Source of the DNA: Octopus vulgaris
Taxonomy: Eukaryota
Assembly: GCA_951406725.2 (NCBI GenBank)
Contig: OX597819.1
Coordinates: 25,110,001-25,174,000, forward strand
Direction of reading: 5' to 3'
DNA: 64,000 bases
The notes beneath the pieces were generated by a model. It had not been told where the DNA came from. It worked only from the letters and a program-made list of their open reading frames with translations, and did not search any database. The first letter of the stretch is position 1. Each line of letters opens with the position of its first letter. Shown here one piece after another: positions 14,826 to 27,587 of this stretch. Made by a program: the position numbers and the translations under genes.

Positions 14826-16223
14826 GAGATCACGAACACAAAATGTAAAATTTTGGAACAAATATCAAAAAAGCATTTTGTAATTGTTCAAACAATTCTG
14901 CTAATCCACTACTCTTAATAATAATTGTAATAATAATCCTCGCCAATGCTAGTGTTCACATGAAAAGTACCTATTCTATTCTGTAAAGTGGTTGGCATTA
15001 GGAAGGGCACCCTGCTGTGAAAACCATGCCAAAGCGAATATTGTCAGTACTAGTGCTATGTAAAAAGTACCCAGCTCACTCTGTAAAGTGGCTGGCATTA
15101 GGAAGGGCATCCTGCCATAAAAACCAAGCTAAACAGACAATGGTGTTTGGTTCAGTCCTCTAGCTTGTCAACTCCTGTCAAAGCATCCAAGGTATACCAG
15201 CATGGAAGATAGGAGGTTAGGTGATGATGATGATAATGATGATGAATATAGGTAAAAGGCCTGAAATTTTGTGGAATTGGGTAGTTGATATATCGACGCC
15301 TGTGCTTAACTCATACTTAATTTTATCAACTCTGAAAGGATGAAAGGCAAAGATGACCTCAGCAGGATTTAAATTTGGAAGAACTGCTGCTGAAATTTTA
15401 TCTGGTGCTCTAACAACCTTACCAGTTTGCCATCTGGTAATGTTAATATTAATACTAATACAAATAATTATACTCATAGTAATTATTTCTAATTTAGCTC
15501 CTAGGCCAGTAATTTTGGCAGGGAGAGGTTTGTTGATTAAATTGGCCCCAATACTTGATTAGTACTTTTACAACAAAAATCTTTATAATTTAATTGGTTT
15601 CAACAAATTACTTTATACCATGACATGAAGTAATCTAAAAATTTCATAATTAAGATTAATTAATTAATACATAACAAATTTTAAAAAAAATATTTTTATA
15701 TTTTTTTTCAGTTTACATTAGTTGTACTTCCCTTCTTCTTTCATTTCCTTATAGTATTTTTTTAAAAAGAGAAAAAGTCTTCTTCCACATCATTTATACT
15801 TCACAAACCTCATGTAATTTCTGCAAAACCAGAACGTTTTTCTCTTTTATTTCTGCTTTCTTTGCAAGCTTTTATTGAAACATTCTTCATTGTTTGTTTC
15901 TCTCTTTAATCGGTGGCATTTCTTTTTAAATGTTCACACTTAAAATATCATCAAGCTCTCAAACATTCCGCCCTTTGCCAAATCTATTTCTCCTTTTTGG
16001 CTCTCCCTCTTTCTCTCTCTCTCTCTCTCAATCTCCATTTTCCTTTCTCATTTTCTCTGTTCTTTTTTATCTCTTCTTTATCTTCCATCCTCTCCTTTCC
16101 TTTTCTCTCTCTCTCTCTCTCCCTCTTTCATTTCACTTTCCTTTATTCTGTTATTTTCTTATATTTCTCTCTTCAATGAATAATGCACACACATACATGC
16201 ACACATATTTTCACAGATCCGTT

Positions 16224-16666
16224 CATTTATTTCAGTGTCTATTAGAACCTCTTTCACTCCTCCCTCTCTCTATCCATCCTCTCCCTCTCTATCTCTCTTC
16301 TCTTTTCTTCTCTCCCTCCCCATCTCTCTCAACCCATCTCTTTCTCTCTCTCTCTGACACACACACACACACACACACATACACATTTATTTCAGTGTCT
16401 ATTAGAACCTCTTTCACTCCTCCCTCTATCTATCCATCCTCTCCCTCTCTATCTCTCTTCTCTTTTCCTCTCTCCCTCCCCATCTCTCTCAACCCATCTC
16501 TCTCTCTCTCTGACACACACACACGCATACACATTTATTTCAGTGTCTATTAGAACCTCTTTCACTCCTCCCTCTCTCTCTATCCATCCTCTCCCTCTCT
16601 ATCTCTCTTCTCTTTTCTTCTCTCCCTCCCCATCTCTCTCAACCCATCTCTCTCTCTCTCTCTCTG

Positions 16667-16698
<32 letters not shown>

Positions 16699-16705
16699 AC
16701 ATACA
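16224..16705. repeat. Three tandem ~150-160 bp pyrimidine-rich units
   Basis: catttatttcagtgtctattagaacctc starts at about 16224, 16384 and 16533. Confidence 0.9.
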
Positions 16706-17989
16706 CACAAGAAGGCCCTACCTTATATAAACCTATTGTTCTTCATTCACAAAAGAGTCTCAAACACTTAAGCAAACTGGTTGATATACATACATACATA
16801 CATACATCTACACACATCTATACACACATACACACATCACAATAAAACAACAAATAACAAAAATCAAAAGCTACTGTTACAACAACAACAACAACAGCAA
16901 GAACAGGAACATTACAAGTGACATGTAGTTTTGTGTACATATAAAAGACTGCTACTGACATCTTCTTTCTAAATAGAAGTTCAGTTTACATAAAGGTGTT
17001 TAACATTTTTGGGGTCAGAAAATGTTAGCTGCTGTGAGAAATTCTGTCCCTGCATTGGCAATATATAATGGGGGTGGTGATGGTGGTAGGGAGTTCTGAT
17101 AATGTAGCAAATACTTTTTCTATATCATCATCTCATCCTACTCCCTTCTTTGTCCCTGCTACCACCATAGCCAACCATGTAGAGAGGGGGAGGGGTAGAG
17201 TAATTGTTTCATTATTGTTGTTGCTGCTGTTATGGTTCTCTTGTGTTTTGTTTTTGTTATACATTCAAGTCAATTCATTCCTATTATGTGTTTGTGTTTG
17301 TTATTGTTGCCATTTAGTAGCAAGTCAGCCAAGACTGTCAGACTTATGATCAAAGGCATTCCAGATGTGACCATCCCATTGCAGGCAGTGAACCACATTA
17401 TTCAATGATTTTTTTTTATTTTCTAAAAAGACAGTTATTATTTGTAAGTCTAGTACTTATTCTACTGGTCGCTTTTGCCAAACTGTCAAGTTACAGGGAT
17501 GTAAACACACCAACATTGGTTGTCAAGTGATGGTGGTGGGGACAAAACACACACATAGATACACATACATATGTACATATATGTATGTATGTATGTATGA
17601 CGGGTCTCTTTCCGTTTCTGTCTACCAAATCCATCCACAAGTCTTTGGTCGGCTTGAGACTATAATAACAGACACTTGCCGAAGGTGCCATGCAGTGGGA
17701 TTGAACACGGAACCATGTGGTTGGTAAACAAGCTTCTTACCACACAGCCACAGACTCAAATAAAAGTACTGGGATCAATTTGTTATTCAACTAAACCATT
17801 CAAGGTGATGCCCCATCATGGCTGCAATCTAATGAATGTTACAAGTAAAAAGGAAATTAAGATAAAAGATATTGCTTGATCAGAGCTGATCTGGGGTTAC
17901 ACAACAATAAAAACAAGTATAAATGATAACTATTTGACTCGCAAATAGAAAGCATCTTAACATATATAGCAGTGTAGTAACAGATGTAA

Positions 17990-18401
17990 TCTTTATATAT
18001 AAAAGAGAGGTTGTGTGCTGTCTGTCTCCTACGATTTAGATTCCTAACTACTCCCACATTTTGCGGTGCAGTTTAACCAAAACCAGGTATCTTATAGTCG
18101 TCATTCATATCGAGCCCTTCTGGGTATTAGCGCACGTCTATGATGAGTCTACGATTTAAAAAAAAAATTACCATCAATTTTTCCCATTTTTAATGCATTT
18201 TTGGCATACATAAGGGAAGTAACTCTCTAAAAATTTATTATTAAATCTCAGAACGTAAAAAGCTACAGTAACACCCCCCTTTGTGGTTAGCCATATTGAG
18301 ATGGCTATTATACTTTACATCTCTAAAAATGTTTATATAATTATTTCCCTTATATAGTTATTTCCCTTACAAACCCGAGCAATGCCGGGCGATACTGCTA
18401 G
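17990..18401 (+). mobile_element. Non-autonomous Helitron
   Basis: Same termini and hairpin. Confidence 0.88.
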
Positions 18402-19097
18402 TTTACTATAAACCAGTGAGAGAACCTCTCAGTAATATCTTGATTTGCTATAAATAGCTGTCATTGTCTTTCCAAAATTGAACTCTACCACCTTATAAGA
18501 ATGAAGGATGCATTGATAAGGTCATTTTGGAATGTCTTTTTGTATATCATCATCTCATCCTACTCCCTTCTTTGTCCATTGCCTACCACCATTGCCAACC
18601 ATATATAGAGAGGGAGGGGGTAGAGTAATTATTTCATTATTGTTGTTGTTGTTGTTATGGTTCTCTTGTGTTTTGTTCTGTTATACATTCAAGTCAATTC
18701 ATTCTTATTATGTGTTTGCGTTTGTTATTGTTGCCATTTAGTAGCAAGTCAGCCAAGACTGTGCAGACTTATGATCAAAGTCTGCTTGATCAGTCATAAC
18801 TCTGATGGATAAACAACAACAACAACAACAATAACAACAACAATATCAATATAGTTACACTGGTTTAGTATCTCTCTCATTTTTCTCTTCCTAGCTAGCT
18901 CTACCTCTCTTTCTGTCTAACACTCTGTTTCTCTTTCTCTTTCTCTCTCGTTTTCTTCCTCACTCACTCCCACCTGCCCCCCCCCCCTCTCTCTCTCTCT
19001 CTCTCACTTTGTTACCTTCTCACTTTCTTCTTTGGAAGTCTGTTTCCCTGTATTGTTATGTATATGTTTCAACATTTGTACAGACACAAATTCACAG

Positions 19098-19201
<104 letters not shown>

Positions 19202-19527
19202 GAGAAATAGTTTAGCAGACATTCAACACAAACCCTTATTCATAAACCTATAACATAAAATAAAAGCACAGCAACAAAAAAAAAAAAAAGAAACATTGAA
19301 TTTTACTTCCTCTTGAATAATAAACATCAAGTTCAGATTGATGGCTGTTTGCTTGCTTATTCTTCTAATGAGAGTGGATATGGTTCACATAGTCATTTTA
19401 TTGCTTCACAACAATTGTATGTCCACACCTAAAGACATGTATGTGTGTGTGTTTTTTGTTAGTTCTCATAATTATGGCCATGCTAGAGCACCATTTTCAG
19501 TGAGGAATATTTTTTTATATGTATGTA

Positions 19528-19722
19528 TACTCTTTTACTTGTTTCAGTCATTTCACTGCGGCCATGCTGGAGCACTGCCTTTACTCGAGCAAATCGACCC
19601 CGGGACTTATTCTTTGTAAGCCCAGTACTTATTCTATTGGTCTCTTTTGCCGAACCGCTAAGTAATGGGGACGTAAACACACCAGCATCGGTTGTCAAGC
19701 AATGCTAGGGGGACAAACACAG

Positions 19723-19753
<31 letters not shown>

Positions 19754-19924
19754 CATATATGCGACAGGCTTCTTTCAGTTTCCGTCTACCAAATCCACTC
19801 ACAAGGCATTGGTCGGCCCGGGGCTATAGCAGAAGACACTAGCCCAAGATGCCACGCAGTGGGACTGAACCCGGAACCATGTAGTTCATAAGCAAGCTAC
19901 TTACCACACAGCCACTCCTGCGCC
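19528..19924 (-). mobile_element. SINE family A
   Basis: Full-length match to other family A copies. Confidence 0.88.
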
Positions 19925-20149
19925 TATATATATAATTTTTTGTTATGTATATCCTAGATTAAAGATTTTAGTTTAGCTGCTAAACTTGGAAGATCAATAA
20001 TTTACTGGGTTGTTGTTGTTGATTAATCTCAAGCCATTCTTGAATCATTATTCAATGTATGCTTCCTTTTATTAAGGTGGTAGTGTATATTTTGAGGGAA
20101 TCTTTTGTTACTACTTTTAGCATGATAAACGACCACATTGAATCCTCAA

Positions 20150-21830
20150 ATTGATGAATTACAACCTACTGTAAGTAGCTGGTGCACATAGTTAACTATA
20201 GTGCATGTCAATATCCTTTAAAAGTCTCAAGGAAGACTTTATTTAAGTCTCTCAGCCCTTTTAGAAGGCAGATAGATGACGAGCTATTGCAGTATAGATT
20301 TCTAATACAGGATTGTGAAGGTATGTATAACTTTGGGGGTCAAATAGTAAATTTTTTCTTTTTTATCATTCCTTATAACAGTCCAAAAATTTGAGCAAGA
20401 CCAATGGTTTTCATTAGTAGTTTTCACTCTTTAAGAAATTCCAAGAAGCAAAATCCTAACCTTCCAGCTTTTGATCTAGTTTGGTTTCTAATGTAAAATG
20501 CTGTGGTGGACTATTTTAAAGGCTTTGGTGAGGCCTAAAAGTATATGTTATAATAGATTTTTGTCACTTTAGCATTAAGTTGTGCTAAAAAATGTTTTTT
20601 ATAAGTAATTTCTTTCTGGGAAAGGAAGTCTGCTGGATATAATTTAATGAATTCCATATTTAAAAAAAAAAAAGAAGTTTATTATCTTTCTGCATACAAT
20701 TCCCTCTAGATCTTTTGAAGAACTGATGTTAGAACTACATGTCTGTAGTTGCTTTTGTGCTTTTCTCCTGCTTTTAGGAATTAGTATTAGCATAGTGTTT
20801 TTCAGCATTATTGGCAGACGACCAATGTTTAAATAATTTTGGTAGTGTGTTTTCAGGGAGTTTACAAAGTTGTTTTGCAGAATGATTTTATGAAGAAAGT
20901 TGCAAGACTGCCTAGTTTTGAGCTTAGTATGCATCAAGACATCTTATTATTTTGGTGATTTTTTTTTCTTTTAGAATTGTATGTTACATCACTGTGATAA
21001 GTAGTTGACTCTTTTCATCTTTTAATCAAGAGATAAGGCAGTGCCCATGATCCAGGCCTTTAAGCAGGTGAGAGCTAGGTATCCTCAAAACCTAACACTT
21101 GACCCAAATGCTTGTTATAGATTAGTTTCTGCTAAAGGCACCCAAGGTTGCCAGATGGATGACACATTAAGTCTACCACCCAAGTAGGCCACAGCAAGAT
21201 TTGAACACAGTACACAAAGAACCAGAACAAATTCTGCAAGGCATCTAGTTTGATATTCTTTCAATTCCATCAGTCTACCATTCTGGGTCAGTACTTTTTT
21301 AATGATCCCCAAAAGAAGAAAAATAAGTTTACCTCAATAGGATTTGAACTCAAATCCTAGAGAGCCATAACAAATACTGCAAGTTATTCTATCTGACACT
21401 TTTATGACTGTCAATTTGCCACGTAAGTATCAAATATCTTTTGATGTTTAATTTGTCGCTTTCTCCTTGGTAAAGAGAAAACGCTTTCATGTTATTCTTT
21501 GAGTAGTTGACAAATACCAAAAGGGTCACCAGGTATACAAGCCATTTGGAGACTCTGAGTTGGTCAAGGTTGTAGATTGTTACCTTGTGGAAGAAAGCTT
21601 TTGTATTCATTTGACCAACCACAATGAAATCTTGTATTATTAGTCATTCCTCTTCAAAGGATCATATCAGTGCAGTGTCAATATTTTTGATTTAATCTTC
21701 TTTCGGTCGGTCTCTGCGTGAGAGCTAGATTAAAGAAATCTTTAGCAACATTTGAACTTTTCATTGTGGGTATTCACCTGTCTCCAGAAATACTGCAGCG
21801 TAATTTAGTTGAATACCTGAGAATGTAAGT
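20150..21830 (-). mobile_element. Heavily decayed CR1/L2-like LINE RT remnants, interrupted
   Basis: GRLP..K...ILIPK and LTS....LEGIV-like segments near 20690-20830; frameshifted. Confidence 0.45.
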
Positions 21831-22796
21831 TAAGTTTTCAGTCTTCCTCACTTATGAAAGTCTGTTTTCTTTCCCAGAATTAAACTGGTTCAAAATTGAT
21901 CGACTAATCTACTTTTCATACTTTATCAGTGATTGCCTTCCAGTTAGATTTAGGGGAATCAGTGTATATGTATATCTATATAATCAGTATGTGTATATTT
22001 CAGAACACTTGCTTTTCTAGGCAATGGATTTGTAATAAGAATACTAAATCTAATCAAGCTGGCAATACAGTTCATTGCTAGTAGCACTGCTATGGCTACT
22101 ACGAGTACTACAATATCACCAGTGACAGTAAAAATAATAAAGTGGTAATGAGGGAACCTTTATGTAATCGCTTGATCTGCTAGAAATAACAGCCATTTTT
22201 TAAATTCAAACCACACACAACCTTCTTAACAAAAATAAACAGAAAGACAACATTAGCCAGTGTGATCCTAGACATACAAAAGAATAGGTTGGTTGTTGCT
22301 GGAAATACCTTTGATCATAGGTTCAAATGCTTTTGTTCAATCAGGACTGATCTGGGGTTAAACAACATTAACAACAAATAACAAGTCCATAATGGATCGT
22401 CCATGTGGTTTCATGGTATGCTGGAAACAGCAGCTAAATCTCTCTCTCTCTCTCCCTGTGTTTCAACTAATACATTACTATCTTAAAAAATGGAAATGAC
22501 ACATTGCTATCTTAAAAAAAGGAAATAATGTGGTCTTGTATTTGAAGGAAAAAAGTGAGATAATTGCAGTAGGGGTCATTATTGAACTGATGTTAAACAA
22601 CAACAACAGCAACAAAGATAGCAACATTAAACATATAGTAGTCAAGATAATTTGTATTAAGCATCACTGAACTCTTTGTCTCTCTACTGAGGCTCTGTTA
22701 AAGGTAAATATATGGCTTACCATTTCATTCTTGAAGTCTGTTGAAGGTTTTGGGGTACAATTCTGTAAGTTTAGGAAATGGTAATTTATTATACAA

Positions 22797-23170
22797 CTAG
22801 CAGTATCGCCCGGCGTTGCTCGGGTTTGTAAGGGAAATAACTATATAAGCATTTTTAGAGATGTAAAGTATAATAGCCATCTCAATATGGCTAACTACAA
22901 AGTGGGGGTGGTGTTACTGTAGCTTTTTACGTTCTGAGATTTAATAATAAATTTTTAGAGAATTACTTCCCTTATATATGCCAAAAATGCATTAAAAATG
23001 TGAAAAATTGATGGTAAATTTTTTTTTAAATCGTAGACTCCTTGTAGACGCGCGCTAATACCCAGAAGGGCTCGATATGAATCACGACTATAAGATACGC
23101 GGTTTTGGTTAAACTGCACCGCAAAATGTGGGAGTAGTTAGGAATCTAAATCGTAGGAGACAGACAAAGA
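22797..23170 (-). mobile_element. Non-autonomous Helitron
   Basis: Reverse copy with a small deletion near the 5' end. Confidence 0.85.
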
Positions 23171-23634
23171 TGTTTCCACCACTTGCATTCTGCGAACTAT
23201 ATGCTCTCATAGTTTCTATTTGTAACTAGATGGAATGAACCCTTGAAAGTTACAAATGGATTATTATGAAGCACTAGTAATGACTTAATAAATCACTGTC
23301 CTTGGACAGGAAAATTAACATGTTATTCATGAAGCTGATACTATCATGTAGGTACAAGAATGTTAATAAAAGATAATTAAAAGTTGAAACTCTATAATTG
23401 ATTGAAATATTTCCTGCTAATTAAAATATTCTTTATATATAATCTATAATTCTATAATCTGTCTGTGAGAGACATTTAAGGCTTCACAGTTGTTAACCTT
23501 TTAACCTGAGGCAGCTATAAACATGAATTCTAAAACTGATCAGTTTTACAACCCACGTATTTTGTATGGCTTTCAAATGTAATTGCTGAGAGGATGTAGT
23601 ATTTGACTATTGATTCATTTGTCTTGAGTTGAAA

Positions 23635-24007
23635 TCTCTCTCTATATAAATGGCAGTTTGTCTGTCTGCGTGTCTGTATGTCTGTTAGGTTGTACCCTCA
23701 CCCTGACCACGGCTTTCAACTGATTCTGATGAAACTTGACACACACATAGCCCAATGTCATACTTCAAAACTAACGCAGCGAAAATTTTGAAAAGTTCCC
23801 CCAGTTCTGAATAAAATCGATAAATTCGACATGGGGTCGAGAATCAGAAACACAAACCACAGACTGTCTAGGGGACGCAACTCGACCTTTTTAACTCTCA
23901 AAAAAAAATTTACCATCATTTTTTTCCATTTTTTGGTTATAACTCTCTAAAAATGCTTTATAGTTATTTCCCTTAGAAACCCGAGCAATGCCGGGCGATA
24001 CTGCTAG
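23635..24007 (+). mobile_element. Non-autonomous Helitron, alternative 5' half
   Basis: A|TC...CTAG|T; 3' ~115 bp shared with the family, 5' ~250 bp different. Confidence 0.8.
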
Positions 24008-26027
24008 TCCACTATAGGCTTTCAGTGTACTTGAACAAGACATTGAAATTTTATGTATTTTTAAAAAGAAATTGTTGTCACTTACTTTCCTTTTTCTCAA
24101 CATCTCTCTCTTGTCTTGCATCACCCTTAGTTTCCTTAGACATATCACCTTGAAAGTATTAACACATCATAGAATAAAGAGGACTCTGTAGTCTCAGATA
24201 ATAAATGGAAAACTTCACTAGTCCCAAAGTTATAGAATTTACCTACTGTATAAAATGGTTGGTGATAGATAGAACATAAATTTGTAAAAAAAATCATACT
24301 AAAGTTAAAGCATTTGAGTGAGGCATGGTCCTTTGCCCCCCTCTAGGAGGCTGGCAACTCTGAATAAGAACTGATTCAGACTGTCACAACCCATCCACCC
24401 CATTAATTATTTACTTAAGCCAGGTTTTGTTGGCTTTTGAATTATCATCAATGTTTTTGTAACTTAACATTTTTCATGTAGGGTTGGTCGGGTTGTTGAC
24501 CCTACGCAAATCCATTTTTACCTTGGAGAAGAGGTGGTCTATATTAGTCCGACTTCTATCCTTTGACCTGCCCTGAAGTATACAAACCATTACACTGCAA
24601 CAAGTACTAGATCTTGTAGTGGTGTTTAACCTATGCATCATGGAAAGTAGATGTAAAATTATGATGATGTTTATGATGACTAACAGTATCTGTGACCCTT
24701 ACCAGAACCTTCTGAGATTGGTGGGAAGAAGACAGGAAGTTATCCTCTGACTGGTGACCTGGCTTGAAATGCTTACAACTGAGTGGACTCTTCTTAAGAC
24801 AACCAAGAGCCAGGTGTTAAACTAAGTGATGGATTAAGTCTACTGCCTGTTATATGAGACAGACTAACTTCTTATCCCAAGGGATATTTATTTCTTATTT
24901 GCTTAACATCATGAAGCCAGAATTAAAACACAAGTCTTTAAAATAACCCCTTAGGGTTTATGAAACATTTATACACATTCATGTAATCTAGCTGTCAAGA
25001 ATAAAGGATTATTCTATCTGGGAAAGATTTATTTCTCATTTACTTAATAAATATTCATGAAACTGAAGCAAATCACTAGTCCCTAAGAGCTCTTTGGGGA
25101 TACTGAAAGTATTTTTATTACAATTTTATTATTAGTTGTGAAATTGGAATTGTATCAAACACCATGAAAGTCTGTGATCCAGTTTTAATACTCAATTACG
25201 CTAATACTCTTGGGAAAAGCATAACCATCATACATTGGCAGTTCCTTACAAAGACCTGACCCCTGTAAGAAATTCAATTTTGGTATTGAACTTAAACTAT
25301 AAAATATAGCTGTGAGGTTAAGAAGTTCTCTTCCCAAATGCTTGGTGGCTGAGTGGGTTTTAGTTACAAAATACTTAACACTGGGTAAGTGTTATCTACT
25401 ATTTAGTGTTGAGTTGACCAGTGACTTATGAGTGAAAATTTGGTAGACACTGTGTGTAAACCAGTGTTTATATATATGTGAATGTATGTGTCTGTCTGTC
25501 TGTCTGTATGTATGTATGTATGTATGTATGTATGTATGTATGTATGTAGTACGTATGTGTGGGTGTAGGGGGTGGGTATAAGTACACATGTGCACATGCA
25601 CTCTCGTACATTTGTGTATAATGTTTACAAAGGACTGTAGCAAATGGCAAGGTGTTGTTAGACCTGTCCAACCTATGTCAGCATGGAAAGATGGATGCTT
25701 GATGATATGGGTGATGATAATGATGATGATAATGATGACATTGATAATTATGATGATGATGATGATGATGATAATGATACTGACAACAATGGAAATGACA
25801 ATGAGGAAAAATAATGATAATGATGACAACAATGATGATAGAGATAGTGGGATGATTTTAATCATAATGATGGTGATGGTTATGGTAATAGTAATGGTTA
25901 GGCTGAGGGAGATTAGTGTGTGATGGAGATGGTGGCGATTGTAGCAATGGTGGAATTGGAGATGATGGTGATGATGCTGAAGGTGAAGGTGATAATAACA
26001 AAGAGGATATAGAAAAGGAATTTATAA

Positions 26028-26260
26028 GGCAGCGAGCTGGCAGAAACGTTAGCACACCGGGCGAAATGCTTAGCAGTATTTCATCTGCCATTATGTTCTG
26101 AGTTCAAATTCCGCCAGGGTCGACTTTGCCTTTCATCCTTTCGGGGTTGATAAATTAAGTACCAGTTACACACTGGGGTCAATGTAATCAACTTAATCCC
26201 TTTGTCTGTCCTTGTTTGTCCCCTCTATGTTTAGCCCCTTGTGGGCAATAAAGAAATAAG
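26028..26260 (+). mobile_element. SINE with Nin/Deu-like central domain
   Basis: GTCGACTTTGCCTTTCATCCTTTCGGGG..GATAAATTAAGTACCAG core; other copies at 62082-62305 and 63763-63992; many decayed copies. The domain name is from recall. Confidence 0.75.
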
Positions 26261-27396
26261 AAAAGGAATTTACAAGATTTAATCCTACAATAATGACTCA
26301 GAGAGTATAAGTGGAAAAAAGTTTTTTGTTTTTTTCCTTTTTCAGGTAGACACACAGACTGAAATTATTATTATTATTATTATTTTTTTTTTTTTTTTTG
26401 CAGCAAGAATGTTGGGGTCACATGACTGGAATCTTTACTTTTTAAGTACATTAGAGAAATGAATGACAAGAAATTATTACGTTATGGAAGACTAGATTTA
26501 CTTATTTCTAGATATTTGGAGTTACTTACATGTGTTCCATACTTGTTAATTTTTAATGTCACTGCCCTCTGTCTCTGCTTTTGCTGTAACCTAAATGTCT
26601 TTTATGATCAAAAATAGGTATTCTTATTTTGATAGGCTCCTAGAGCATAAAAAAACCCTAGGAAAATTGAGATATATCAACTCTATCTTAACTAAACAAG
26701 AGCAACAATGAGGAATTGAACTAAATTCCAGATTCATTTCAGCAAGGACTTCCACTTACCTTTTATTATCCACTTACCTCTTATTATCATATGGAACTGA
26801 CATATCTACTTCCCTGCATACATACATACATACCTACATATATACTTACAATAGATACATGTATGCATACATATGTGTTTGTGTGTGTGTATGTATGTAT
26901 GTATATATAAAATCTTTTGTTTAATTAATATTAACAACACCTCATTATTGTCTTTGACACTGGCAGTCGTGATGTGAAAATAAAAATTTACACCAGCAAC
27001 ACCTACAATATCAAGATAAAGTAAAGCTACAAAGTATTCTAAATCTTATGAAAACAAAGCCAAAATAGCAATTACCAGAAGCCAATTACTTTATAATTAC
27101 TTCATAAAACTACTTTTGGCGTGGAACCCGTCTCAAAATCTGTTATATTCCCTAGAGAACATATGACATTTCAAAACTAAGTAACTGAAATATAATAATA
27201 ATAAAAAAAAAAACAAACAACAACAACAACTGTGATCACTTAAGTGCTGGTATTAAAACTGATGGTTTCCAGCCCATCTTGCTCTCTTTCTCGTTAATTA
27301 CTTTGATTGTTTCTTTTTCTCATCATATTTCTATTTATTTAATTTTATTCTCTTACTCATCCTGTTTCTTTTTGTGTGTTTTTTTTTAATTTCCAG

Positions 27397-27493
27397 ATCT
27401 CTTAAATAATTACAAGTTCCACCATAAAGATCTTATAGGCAATGTACCATTAACAATTGACAAAAAGAACCACCAGTTGTTGCTTGGGGCTAG
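27397..27493 (+). CDS. Sema5: Semaphorin exon A: (D)[31 protein letters not shown](R)
   Basis: Poly-T tract + ttccag acceptor; ag|gtatgt donor; 97 nt, phase 1 to 2; start of Sema domain. Confidence 0.88.
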
Positions 27494-27542
27494 GTATGTA
27501 CTTTCTGTTGCCATTTTGCCTTTTATATATTTTTAGTCTTTT

Positions 27543-27587
<45 letters not shown>

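Noticed and set aside
25916-26101. Acidic Gly/Asp-rich ORF
   Set aside because: It is degenerate (GAT/GGT)n low-complexity sequence fused to a SINE head.
26459-26617. Hydrophobic ORF MNDKKLL... as the semaphorin signal-peptide exon
   Set aside because: It ends in TAG at the putative donor, so it cannot be spliced in frame to exon A.
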